DNA of 31,716 nucleotides. Origin: an uncultured Spirochaetaceae bacterium (GTDB lineage: Bacteria; Spirochaetota; Spirochaetia; SZUA-6; DRHE01). Both the position numbers and the translations under genes were made by a program. Location of the stretch: contig CAZSBH010000047.1 in the NCBI GenBank assembly GCA_964604845.1, forward strand, positions 1-31,716. Direction: 5' to 3'. The notes beneath the pieces are model-generated. The model worked only from the letters and a program-made list of their open reading frames with translations, had not been told where the DNA came from and searched no databases. Positions 17,708 through 26,089 of the stretch are shown one piece after another (the stretch's first letter is position 1; every line of letters starts with the position of its first letter).

Positions 17708-18936
17708 TTCCAAGCGAATCCCAAGGTGAAAGATGTGGGTCCCTCCCCGAATGCGCTGATCCATCCGCGTCCCAACAGATTTGCCGGTCCTACTCCCAGC
17801 GCAAATTTCTGCTCTGACCTGACAAACAGTACAGACTTCAGAAAGTTCAGCTCCAAGGCGGCATTGATCACATTCCAATAAAAATCGGCGTACATCGGTT
17901 GGTCGGCGAGTGCAAAATAAGTGGCGATCATTCCGAAGCCGGTAGAAAAATTGAACCGGGCTGCACGATCCGGGCCTGTGAACAGATAGCCTCCAAACAG
18001 GGCTCTCAGATCGTGGTGAAACACCGGTTTGCTGTCAGAAAGGTTGTGCTGAACATAGAAGTAATGTTCGGCGCTCAAATAGCTTAGATCCGGTCTCAGA
18101 TAGAACCGCTGGGCGAGTCCGAATCCGAGCAGTTGGCCCACCGTCCAGGTTAGCTCTGTGGCTGAGCGTGTCTGTTTACGGAGCGGTTGGAGCTTGATAA
18201 TCATTTCCGGCTCTTTTAGCTTCAGGGTCTCGCTGCCCGTGTGGTATCCTTCCTTTCGCTTTTCTACGGTGATTTTGGTACCGAGCGCGAAGGGAATCGG
18301 CGGCAACAGCAGTTTGCCCTCGGATATGCGGCCCACGAAGCCCTCATCCCCCAGATAAATCTCCGCATCTTCGTCAGCCGAAAGCAGGGCAATCTCTTCA
18401 ACTACCGGGGATTCTACGACCGGAGGAGGGCCGAGCAGGTGTATTCCCGGAATCAGTTCCGTAACCGCTTCGCCGATGGCATTGTAGATCGAAAGATTGA
18501 TCCGGGCAATCTTGAATACTCCGTTGATCATCGCCTTCTGGGTAACATCGTAGCATTTGATTTCGAGTACCATCTGCCGCTCCGCCACGCTGTAAAAACT
18601 GACTAGGGCTATCTCTGCTTCAACCTCCTCCGCAATTCCGAGGGCGACGTTTCCCTGATAGAGTTCACCGACTCGAACCCCGCGCCGTTCTCTCACTTTT
18701 TCCCACTCCTCCCGGGGGATGATATCGAAGCCGGCATTCTTGAGCTCGGAACGCAGCTGGTTGGAGATGATCGACTGGTACTCCTTGAACTCTTCGGAGG
18801 CGGACAGATCGACCGTGGGAAACAGGCAGGTTTTAAAGGGGATAGAGGAAGCAGATTCCTGGCTCCATACCAACCCTGTGGACAGAAAAAGAGTTACTAA
18901 AAGAGCGGCTGCGAGGCAAATACCCCTGTACTTCAC
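17701..18936 (-). CDS. Secreted protein: LpoB/CsgG-like N-domain + PEGA-like region + putative outer-membrane beta-barrel (module 1)
   Basis: 411 aa. Signal peptide MKYRGICLAAALLVTLFLSTGLVWSQ. The N-domain pattern is ...AEIALVSFYSVAERQMVLEIKCYDVTQKAMI. The C-terminus ...FTLGFAWKW ends on an aromatic residue, which is typical of OM barrels. Confidence 0.65.
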   Translation of the reverse strand: MKYRGICLAAALLVTLFLSTGLVWSQESASSIPFKTCLFPTVDLSASEEFKEYQSIISNQLRSELKNAGFDIIPREEWEKVRERRGVRVGELYQGNVALGIAEEVEAEIALVSFYSVAERQMVLEIKCYDVTQKAMINGVFKIARINLSIYNAIGEAVTELIPGIHLLGPPPVVESPVVEEIALLSADEDAEIYLGDEGFVGRISEGKLLLPPIPFALGTKITVEKRKEGYHTGSETLKLKEPEMIIKLQPLRKQTRSATELTWTVGQLLGFGLAQRFYLRPDLSYLSAEHYFYVQHNLSDSKPVFHHDLRALFGGYLFTGPDRAARFNFSTGFGMIATYFALADQPMYADFYWNVINAALELNFLKSVLFVRSEQKFALGVGPANLLGRGWISAFGEGPTSFTLGFAWKW

Positions 18937-19036
18937 GCTAAAAAGTATCCTACACTCACAAGTATCGAACGATCTGTGTAAAAAAGTAGCACAAAAGTGT
19001 CGAAAAACCCACGGGTTTTAGAGGAGCAAACCCTCC

Positions 19037-20176
19037 ATGGACAAATCGACAGTAGCCCTGGTTCGCTGTCTGACCTACGATGAGGATGAAGTATTCGCCG
19101 CCGTACGGAGTGGAATCGACCTTCTCGGAGGCCCCGATGCTTTTGCGGCGGCGAACGAGCAGATCCTGCTCAAGCCGAATGTGTTGGCCGGGGATCCCCC
19201 GGATCGCTGCGTCTGCACACATCCTGCGATCCTCAAAGCGGTCGGGCGTGTCTTGCAATCCGTCACTCCCTCCCTCTCCTACGGGGATTCCGCCGGTCAC
19301 GGAGATGCACTGCCCAACCTCACCACCTCCGGGCTCGCCTCTGCCGCCGAACAGATCGGTCTCGCGGCGGCGGATTTCGATCGGGGGCAGCAGGTGGATC
19401 TTCCGGACTCTCCCCTCACCAAACGATTCCTTATTGCAGACGGAGTCCTCGCCGCAGACGGGATTGTGAGCCTGTCCAAGTTGAAGACCCACATGGTGAC
19501 CCGGATGACCGGGGCGGTAAAGAACGTGTACGGATGTATCCCCGGACAGACCAAGCGCAGGTATCACTTCACATATCCCAACGCCTTCGCCTTCTCACAG
19601 ATGCTCGTGGCGTTGAACCTGCTGCTCAAACCGAAGGTGCGGCTGCATATCATGGACGGCGTAATGGCCATGGAGGGAAACGGGCCGCGCAACGGCGACC
19701 CCGTGCATATCGGGGTGCTGCTCTTCTCGACCGATCCGGTGGCCCTGGATGCGGTGATGTGCAATCTCATCGAACTGAATCCGGTGCGCGTGCCGACCAG
19801 CGGACCAGGGAGACGTTGGGGTCTTGGTACCTACAGGATGGAGGAGATCGATGTTGTCGGGGACTCGCCGTCCGCGGCACGACCGGGCGGCTTCAAGGTC
19901 AGTCGGGGACCGATCAGGGACCTGTCACCCCAAGGCATACTGTCGATCATAGACAATCTGATCGCCCAGAGACCCGTCCTGAATACTAGAAGATGCGTGC
20001 GCTGCGGCCAGTGCGTACAGGCCTGTCCGGTTCAGCCCAAGGCGCTTGACTGGCGCGATGGCAACACGAAGCAGCCGCCGACGTACACTTATAGCCGCTG
20101 CATCCGCTGTTACTGCTGTCAGGAGATCTGCCCCGAGGGGGCGATCTCGGTCAAGAATACCTTTTTGAAACTTTGA
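19037..20176 (+). CDS. DUF362-domain protein with C-terminal 2x[4Fe-4S] ferredoxin domain
   Basis: 379 aa. N-terminal VALVRC...ILLKPNVL pattern. The C-terminus carries CVRCGQCVQACP and CIRCYCCQEICP. Confidence 0.85.
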   Translation: MDKSTVALVRCLTYDEDEVFAAVRSGIDLLGGPDAFAAANEQILLKPNVLAGDPPDRCVCTHPAILKAVGRVLQSVTPSLSYGDSAGHGDALPNLTTSGLASAAEQIGLAAADFDRGQQVDLPDSPLTKRFLIADGVLAADGIVSLSKLKTHMVTRMTGAVKNVYGCIPGQTKRRYHFTYPNAFAFSQMLVALNLLLKPKVRLHIMDGVMAMEGNGPRNGDPVHIGVLLFSTDPVALDAVMCNLIELNPVRVPTSGPGRRWGLGTYRMEEIDVVGDSPSAARPGGFKVSRGPIRDLSPQGILSIIDNLIAQRPVLNTRRCVRCGQCVQACPVQPKALDWRDGNTKQPPTYTYSRCIRCYCCQEICPEGAISVKNTFLKL

Positions 20177-20195
20177 TTGTTCTTTCGCCGCTGCC

Positions 20196-21041
20196 TTAGA
20201 ACAACTTTCCGGTCTGATAGTCCAGAAAGGCTTGGCGGATCTCTTCTTCGCTGTTCATAACGAAGGGTCCTCCCCGAACGATGGGCTCGTTGTGGGGCAC
20301 GGCGCTGAAGAAAAGAAACCCGGAAGCATCCTCGAGGCCCCGAATGGATACCCGGGCTTCCTCCTCCAACAGGGCCAGCTCTCCGAAGGCTACCGCTTGA
20401 GATTGGCCGCCAGTATCCACAGTGACCGATCCCGTGTGTACGTACAGGAAGCTGCTATCCTGTGCTGATCGAGGCGCCTCGAACAGGCTGTCTTTCTCGA
20501 TCGAGACATCGAAGTAATTCACGGGAAACCGGGTCAAAGCCGGCCCGCTTTTCCCTTCGAAGCTTCCGGAGATGAGTTTTGCCGTGACACCATCTTTTCT
20601 GACCGTGGGGATGTCCTCCGGATTTAGATGCTGATAACGGGGCTCGATCGTCTTGTCCTTGGCGGCCAGGGTGAGCCAGAGCTGGTATCCCCACAGCTGG
20701 CCGTCCTGCATCTCCGGCATTTCGCTGTGAATGATCCCCTTGCCCGCGGTCATCCACTGCACGCACCCGGGCGCAAGGACTCCCCCCCCGCCTCGTGAAT
20801 CCTTGTGGCGGAACTTTCCGGCGATCATGTAGGTGATCGTCTCGATACCCCGATGGGGATGATCGGGGAAGCCGGCGATGTAGTCCTTTGGATTGTCGCT
20901 TTTGAACTCATCGAGCAGGACGAAGGGGTCTACCTGGTTGAGACGGGGCGAGCCGATGATCCGGTGCAGGCGAACACCTGCACCGTCGATCACCGATATT
21001 CCTCTAACGATCCTGGATATCCCGCTGTTTTCGCTGTTCAT
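20196..21041 (-). CDS. Pirin-family bicupin
   Basis: FPDHPHRGIETITYMIAG ... VQWMTAGKGIIHSEMP. The ORF 20196..21077 is trimmed to the third Met, which has GAGGAA 7 nt upstream. Alternative starts are at 21059 and 21077. Confidence 0.88.
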   Translation of the reverse strand: MNSENSGISRIVRGISVIDGAGVRLHRIIGSPRLNQVDPFVLLDEFKSDNPKDYIAGFPDHPHRGIETITYMIAGKFRHKDSRGGGGVLAPGCVQWMTAGKGIIHSEMPEMQDGQLWGYQLWLTLAAKDKTIEPRYQHLNPEDIPTVRKDGVTAKLISGSFEGKSGPALTRFPVNYFDVSIEKDSLFEAPRSAQDSSFLYVHTGSVTVDTGGQSQAVAFGELALLEEEARVSIRGLEDASGFLFFSAVPHNEPIVRGGPFVMNSEEEIRQAFLDYQTGKLF

Positions 21042-21117
21042 TATCAGTTTCCTCTGCATTGAAGAGTACGTATTCAACGCAGGATTGTCAAAGGAGCTTG
21101 GTCGAATCTACCCTCCA

Positions 21118-21468
21118 TCAGCCCTCTATCGGACAGCTTGCCAGGGCAGCTTGCCTCGTCTTGCGTACCGTTCGTCCCTTGAACAGATTCCGGGTCATGC
21201 AGACCATCCACTTCCAGTGCAGAACCAGATGCAGGAACACGCCCCCCGTCATTACGATCCCGCCCCAGTTGTGGAGGTCCTTCCACAGCAGGCGGCTGAC
21301 GCCCAGAACCTCCTGCGCGTAGCGGGGATTCCGCCCTCCCTGATAGCCGCCGGAGCCGGCGAAAAACAGGATCACTCCCGAAAGTGCGACCAGCACAAAG
21401 CTGATCCCGATGATCATATCCACGTAGTAGTTGATTCTTGCCTTGTTAGGCTTTTTTTTCTTCTCCAT
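21118..21468 (-). CDS. DUF4405-domain membrane protein
   Basis: 116 aa. N-terminal basic stretch, then TM helices with the HNWGGIVMTGGVFLHLVLHWKW pattern typical of DUF4405. SD GGAGG upstream. Confidence 0.75.
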   Translation of the reverse strand: MEKKKKPNKARINYYVDMIIGISFVLVALSGVILFFAGSGGYQGGRNPRYAQEVLGVSRLLWKDLHNWGGIVMTGGVFLHLVLHWKWMVCMTRNLFKGRTVRKTRQAALASCPIEG

Positions 21469-21505
21469 AATTATATTCCTCCAAATGATTTGAACATTGA
21501 TTGTG

Positions 21506-22285
21506 CTATTGCTTGTCCATCGCTCGGTCTACCGCTGCCTGAAGGGCTTCTTTCACGGTCGAGAACTCGATTCCGTTCTCGGTGCAGTAGTCCCGAACGG
21601 TGACCCCGGCTTTCCCAACCGGCAAGCCCAGGGCTTCCTCAATTTCCTCTTTGCCGACTCCCCACGATTGCAGTTCCCCGAAGGTGGTTTTCCCTTTGAC
21701 CTCGCCGGCCTCGCTCTCGGTGTGGGTGTCCGCCTGCTCAGCCGCTGCAGCTTCGGGGGCCGCCTCGTCCTTAGCCGTCTCTTCGTTTTCGACGGCCGCC
21801 GCCAGTCCGGCAAGGCTGACCGTCTTGGCCTTGACCTCCTCGAGCTCCGTTTCGCTCAGGCGCTCCTGCAAAACGGAGAGTGCGGTGGAGGGCAGCAGGG
21901 TATCCTCCTCAGGTGTGTACGGCAGGCCGGTATATAAGGCTACGAACCAGCGAACCGAATCCGTACCGATCTCGCCGTCGCCCACTTGGCCGTACATTTC
22001 TTCGAGGCTTTTGCAGAGAAACGCCGCCGGATTTTCCGAATCTTCGACCCCGAAGGCTTCAGCCAGGCCGGCAACGGGTACGGCGAAAGCTTCCTCGATA
22101 TCCCCGAAGCTGTAGGAGCCGCGGATATCCCCGGGATTGTACTCTCCCGCAAACTCCCCGGAAGTGTAGGCGGCCGGAACCTTGCTTGAAGTGGTCTGCC
22201 AGAGATTGAAGATGATGGTCCCGCCGATCCCGATGAGGAAAGCCGCCAGGACAATCGGTAGGATGTGCTTGCTTCTCAGAGTCAT
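21506..22285 (-). CDS. N-terminally membrane-anchored protein with an internally duplicated domain, unknown function
   Basis: The ORF 21506..22390 is trimmed to MTLRSKHILPIVLAAFLIGIGGTIIF at 22285. Its ATG overlaps the upstream stop (ATGA), with GGAGG upstream. It has an acidic/Ala-rich linker and two copies of G-[DE]-[IV]-[RK]-G-x-x-[ST]-F-G-[DE]-[IL]. Confidence 0.65.
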   Translation of the reverse strand: MTLRSKHILPIVLAAFLIGIGGTIIFNLWQTTSSKVPAAYTSGEFAGEYNPGDIRGSYSFGDIEEAFAVPVAGLAEAFGVEDSENPAAFLCKSLEEMYGQVGDGEIGTDSVRWFVALYTGLPYTPEEDTLLPSTALSVLQERLSETELEEVKAKTVSLAGLAAAVENEETAKDEAAPEAAAAEQADTHTESEAGEVKGKTTFGELQSWGVGKEEIEEALGLPVGKAGVTVRDYCTENGIEFSTVKEALQAAVDRAMDKQ

Positions 22286-23151
22286 GATACCGCCTCCTTG
22301 CTTAGAGTCTCCAGCTTGACCGTGGTCAGCTCCACGGTGTTCGCGACGGGGCAGACCTGCTCCGAGGTACATTTCAGACAGGTGATGCACTGATGATGCC
22401 GAACCGCGCCGCCGGTGCTGACGGGAATGTTCATCGGGCAGGTTCGGTCGCAGGCCTTGCAGTCGATGCAGGTGGAACGCTGGCGTCGGATCTTGAAGAT
22501 GCGGAACAGATTGAATACCCCGAGCACCGCACCGTAGGGGCAGGCGTACTTGCAGAAGGGCCGCTCCACGATCAGGGACAGCACAAGCACCACTGCAAGA
22601 ATGATCACCCCACCGATCGCCACCTCGGAGGTCCAGAAGTTGAACAGGGCAAAGTAGGGATCGATGTTAGAAAACACCAGCGTGCCGGTCACCGCGGTCA
22701 TGTACACGACCCAGCCCAGCATAAGGTAGCGTAGATAGCGCAGGACCCTGTCGACCTTGTACGGAATCAGACGGTTGAAGCGGCGCTTGAAGATCTTTTT
22801 ACCAAGCTTGCCGAACCACTCCTGGATGCTTCCCAGCGGGCAGACCCAACCGCAGAACACGGGTCCGAGAAACACGGTAAGTACGAACACGATCCACATC
22901 AGAATGAACGCTGCTGAATGGATCTTGCGGACATAGGTCCCCGATGTAATAAACTGATAGACCGAAACCACACCGCCGAATGGACAGACGGCGTGGAGAG
23001 AGGCGGAGGAAAGGATCGGAATCGCTTTCCCCGCCTCTTCCATGGTGTGGTTCACGGCAATCAGAGCGATCAGCGCGAAGAAGAAGATCTGAACGATCAG
23101 CCTGATATTCCCCACCTTCCGGGCGCTTATGGTTTTGCTCTTTTTTGCCAT
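22282..23151 (-). CDS. Polytopic membrane 4Fe-4S binding protein (NapH/MauN/YccM-like)
   Basis: 289 aa. Motifs CPFGG, CGWVCPLG and CKYACPYG within TM regions, plus CIDCKACDRTCP and CITCLKCTSEQVCP. SD AAGGAG upstream. Confidence 0.85.
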   Translation of the reverse strand: MAKKSKTISARKVGNIRLIVQIFFFALIALIAVNHTMEEAGKAIPILSSASLHAVCPFGGVVSVYQFITSGTYVRKIHSAAFILMWIVFVLTVFLGPVFCGWVCPLGSIQEWFGKLGKKIFKRRFNRLIPYKVDRVLRYLRYLMLGWVVYMTAVTGTLVFSNIDPYFALFNFWTSEVAIGGVIILAVVLVLSLIVERPFCKYACPYGAVLGVFNLFRIFKIRRQRSTCIDCKACDRTCPMNIPVSTGGAVRHHQCITCLKCTSEQVCPVANTVELTTVKLETLSKEAVS

Positions 23152-23162
23152 GAAGATGCTCC

Positions 23163-23675
23163 TTAATTGTAGCGGTTCAGGTTGTTGCGGAACGAACGCA
23201 GATGGTTCTCTGAGGCTTGCTGCAGCCGCTCGAACAGATCCCTGACGTCCTCCGGAAGATCCGTCTGCAGAAAGGACTCGTACATGGCGATGTTGTCGAT
23301 CTCCGCCTGGACCCCGGTTTCAAACGATGATTTTAGGTCTTTCGGCAGGACCACGTACATATGGGCGGTATCCGTCGGCACGGAGTAGCCGTAGGCGTCG
23401 AACAACTCGATTACCCACTCGATGTGCCGCTCCTCCGCGGCCATGATATTTGTGAAGGGCCGGATGCTCCCGTACTCTTCAATGATCAGCTCGTACTCTC
23501 CGCGGGCCAGGTACTCATCCTGGATCGCGTAGGTGAGCATCTGCTCGATGCTCAGGGCGGTTTTCCCCTCGGCTCCCTTGGCGCCGAAGTCCGCGGTATC
23601 CGCGAAGGAAACCAGGGCCGCAGCCAAACTCAGGGCAACGGCCAGAACCATAACTTTTGAATGCAATCGCTTCAT
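23163..23675 (-). CDS. Secreted ferritin-like DUF2202 protein
   Basis: 170 aa with a signal peptide. AIQDEYLARGEYE ... NIMAAEERHIEW ... ASENHLRSF is a four-helix ferritin-like E/H pattern as in DUF2202. Confidence 0.8.
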   Translation of the reverse strand: MKRLHSKVMVLAVALSLAAALVSFADTADFGAKGAEGKTALSIEQMLTYAIQDEYLARGEYELIIEEYGSIRPFTNIMAAEERHIEWVIELFDAYGYSVPTDTAHMYVVLPKDLKSSFETGVQAEIDNIAMYESFLQTDLPEDVRDLFERLQQASENHLRSFRNNLNRYN

Positions 23676-23751
23676 TTGAAAACCTCCTCGTGGTTTTTCT
23701 ATTCTTCAAGAGTAATAGTATAGGTGAAGTATAGAGCCGGTGTGGAGGGTA

Positions 23752-23769
23752 TGTGAAGATTTTGTGAAG
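23752..23769. promoter_or_regulatory. Direct repeat TGTGAAG-N4-TGTGAAG (11-bp register): candidate OmpR-family response-regulator box
   Basis: TGTGAAG occurs at 23752-23758 and 23763-23769, with a third GTGAAG at 23724-23729. All lie in the 142-bp divergent intergenic region, just upstream of a TTGTAC(23774)-N18-TACTAT(23798) promoter-like pair facing the regulator gene. Confidence 0.35.
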
Positions 23770-23817
23770 GAACTTGTACGGGGATTCCCAATATGAGTAC
23801 TATATTTGTACCTGATT

Positions 23818-24510
23818 ATGGCAAGGATATTCGTTGTTGAGGACAATGAGGCCCTGAGAGAGGCGGTATGCTCCTACCTGCGCTTGAACGATCATGAGAT
23901 CGTCGAGTTTTCCCGGATCGGGGGGGTGCTCGAAGCGGTGCAGACCAAGCCGCCGCATCTCATCGTCCTGGATGTCATGCTGCCCGACGGGGATGGATTC
24001 CTGCTGGCCAGGAAGATCCGTAAGTCGCAGGAAGTTCCGATCATTTTCCTGACCGCCAGGGCTACAGAATCCGACAGGATCACCGGTTTCGAGCTCGGTG
24101 CCGACGACTACGTGGTCAAACCCTTCTCTCCGAAAGAGCTCTCTCTCCGGGTCGAAGCGGTCCTGCGCAGAACCGGGAGTGGCGGGGCTAAGCCCGGCGC
24201 GGCGATGAGCTGGGTGCTGGGCAAGCAGGTTCTCGAGCTCGATGAAGCGGCCCATCGGGCATCTGTGGCGGGGAAGGAGCTTAATCTGACCGTGGCGGAG
24301 TGGAAGATCCTCTCCTATCTGGCGACCCACTCTGGAGTGGTGGTGGGACGGGAGCGGCTGCTGGGAGAGAGCCTGGACTACCTGGTGGCTGAAGGATCGG
24401 AGCGGACCGTTGACACCCACATCAAGAACCTGCGGGCCAAGCTGGGCGGCGCCGGGTGGATCGAAACGGTGCGGGGGTTCGGCTACCGTTTTTCAGGAAC
24501 CCCGCAGTGA
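23818..24510 (+). CDS. OmpR/PhoB-family response regulator
   Basis: MARIFVVEDNEALREAV..., phospho-acceptor context LIVLDVMLPDGDG, winged-helix end TVRGFGYRFSG. This uses the first ATG; the track ORF begins at a TTG at 23806. Confidence 0.9.
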   Translation: MARIFVVEDNEALREAVCSYLRLNDHEIVEFSRIGGVLEAVQTKPPHLIVLDVMLPDGDGFLLARKIRKSQEVPIIFLTARATESDRITGFELGADDYVVKPFSPKELSLRVEAVLRRTGSGGAKPGAAMSWVLGKQVLELDEAAHRASVAGKELNLTVAEWKILSYLATHSGVVVGRERLLGESLDYLVAEGSERTVDTHIKNLRAKLGGAGWIETVRGFGYRFSGTPQ

Positions 24511-25802
24511 AGCACCTATTCGTTCGTACCCTGATTACAGTGGTTTCCGCTTTGGTGATACTTGTGGCGGTAATGGCCGTGGTGTCGGCGGTAGGATTCA
24601 GGCGCTCCCTGGGTGAATGGACCCAAGCCAAAACACTCCAGCTGGAGGAGGTGGCGCGGGAGATCCTTCTTCGTTTCCCCGACCCGGTGACCACCCCGGT
24701 GCCTGAAGATGTACCCCTGTTTGTCTACAATGCCGAGGGGCAGCTGATCTTCTCGAATCGGGGTGAAGGCGGGCGGAGACGGAGCAGCTCGAGCGCCGCA
24801 GACCAGGGCGTTCAAGGTGATCGGGTGGCTCTCGAGGAAGGGGGAGATCTGCTCGGATACTACCATACTGGAAAGATGCAGTTTCAGAACGATGCGGCCA
24901 ATAACCGTTTTCTCAACTCCCTTCGCCTGACGATCTGGCTAGGCCTTGCCATGGCTCTGGTAATCGCTGTTCCTTTTGCCCTGCTTTTCTCCCTCAGTCT
25001 CAGCAGGCCGGCGGTTGTACTGTCCCGCGGTCTGGACCGGATCACCCACGGGGACCTTTCCATCCGGATACCCGAGCGGGGAGCCGAGGAAATCGTGTTG
25101 ATCGCTCGTTCGGCCAATCGACTGAGCGAACAGCTGCTTCGGGAGAGAGATATCCGCCGCCAGTGGGTGCAGGACATCGCCCACGATCTGCGCACACCGA
25201 TTGCGGCCATGAGGGCTCAGTTCGAAGGCATGCGGGACGGGGTCCTGGACATATCCGGCGACCGGATCGTCAAGAGTTTAAAGGAGGTCTCCCGGATCGA
25301 GACGCTGGTCGAGGACCTGGAAGAGCTGATGCGCCTGGAATCACCGGAGATGAGCGTATCCCTCGAGGAGGTCGATGTTCCCTCAATTATCGATGAGATC
25401 GCCGAGCGTTTTGCCGCGGCTCTGAGAAAAAAGCAGATCCGTTTCGAATCTCATCACGCGATCGATCGATTTCGGGCGGATCCGGTGCTGCTCCAGCGGG
25501 CAGTTACCAACTTCTTGGCCAACGCCCTCCGTCATACTCCGCTGAAAGGAACAATCGAACTGTCGGTCGAAGCCGCCGCTGAGGGAAAAACGTCGATCCT
25601 CCTGGCGAACACGGGAGATCCGATCCCGGCGGCGGATCTGGAGAAGGTCTTCGATCGCTTGTACCGGGGAGAGTACGCCCGCAGCTCCCCCGGCTCCGGT
25701 CTGGGCCTGACCATCGCCAAACGCATCGCCGAGCTTCACGGCGGAAGCCTGAGCATCCGCAATCGCGCCGAGGGCGGAGTGGTCGTGGAGATGATTCTCT
25801 AG
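24507..25802 (+). CDS. Sensor histidine kinase (2 TM, periplasmic loop of about 125 aa, HAMP, HisKA, HATPase_c)
   Basis: H-box DIAHDLRTPIAAM, plus LANTGDPIP and GSGLGLTIAKRIAELHGG. I prefer the GTG at 24507, which overlaps the regulator's stop (GTGA). The alternative ATG is at 24456. Confidence 0.85.
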   Translation: MKHLFVRTLITVVSALVILVAVMAVVSAVGFRRSLGEWTQAKTLQLEEVAREILLRFPDPVTTPVPEDVPLFVYNAEGQLIFSNRGEGGRRRSSSSAADQGVQGDRVALEEGGDLLGYYHTGKMQFQNDAANNRFLNSLRLTIWLGLAMALVIAVPFALLFSLSLSRPAVVLSRGLDRITHGDLSIRIPERGAEEIVLIARSANRLSEQLLRERDIRRQWVQDIAHDLRTPIAAMRAQFEGMRDGVLDISGDRIVKSLKEVSRIETLVEDLEELMRLESPEMSVSLEEVDVPSIIDEIAERFAAALRKKQIRFESHHAIDRFRADPVLLQRAVTNFLANALRHTPLKGTIELSVEAAAEGKTSILLANTGDPIPAADLEKVFDRLYRGEYARSSPGSGLGLTIAKRIAELHGGSLSIRNRAEGGVVVEMIL

Positions 25803-26089
25803 CAGCAGGATTTGTCGTTCCCGCCGCAGCCGCACCCCGGCTCTCCCCCCTTGATCAAGCCATTGATAACGGCCGCCGCGCAGCCCACCCCTGCGGTGAC
25901 CCGGATCGCGTTGAAAGAACAATTCATCATGCAGGCTCCGCACTCGATACATCGATCCCGATCCACGATTCTTACGGTTTTGCCGTTTTTCCCAAAGACT
26001 TCTCGGGGACAGACCTCGAGACAGCGGCCGCATCCGGTGCAGCGCTCGGGAATGAGCTCCAGCGTGACCACGTTTGTCAGATACTTCAT
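25799..26089 (-). CDS. hgcB: HgcB, 2x[4Fe-4S] ferredoxin of the mercury-methylation pair
   Basis: MKYLTNVVTLELIPERCTGCGRCLEVCP ... CIECGACMMNC ... GVGCAAAV ... ending ...KSCC. It has two ferredoxin motifs, the extra conserved Cys and the C-terminal Cys pair. Its ATG overlaps the hgcA stop (ATGA 26089-26086). The alternative start is at 26101. Confidence 0.85.
   Translation of the reverse strand: MKYLTNVVTLELIPERCTGCGRCLEVCPREVFGKNGKTVRIVDRDRCIECGACMMNCSFNAIRVTAGVGCAAAVINGLIKGGEPGCGCGGNDKSCC

Noticed and set aside
20177-20204. Inverted repeat TTGTTCT-N14-AGAACAA between the convergent DUF362 and pirin genes, as a possible bidirectional terminator.
   Set aside because: The stem is only 7 bp with 2 G:C pairs, the loop is 14 nt, there is no U-tract, and one arm lies inside the pirin coding end. 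This is too weak to call.
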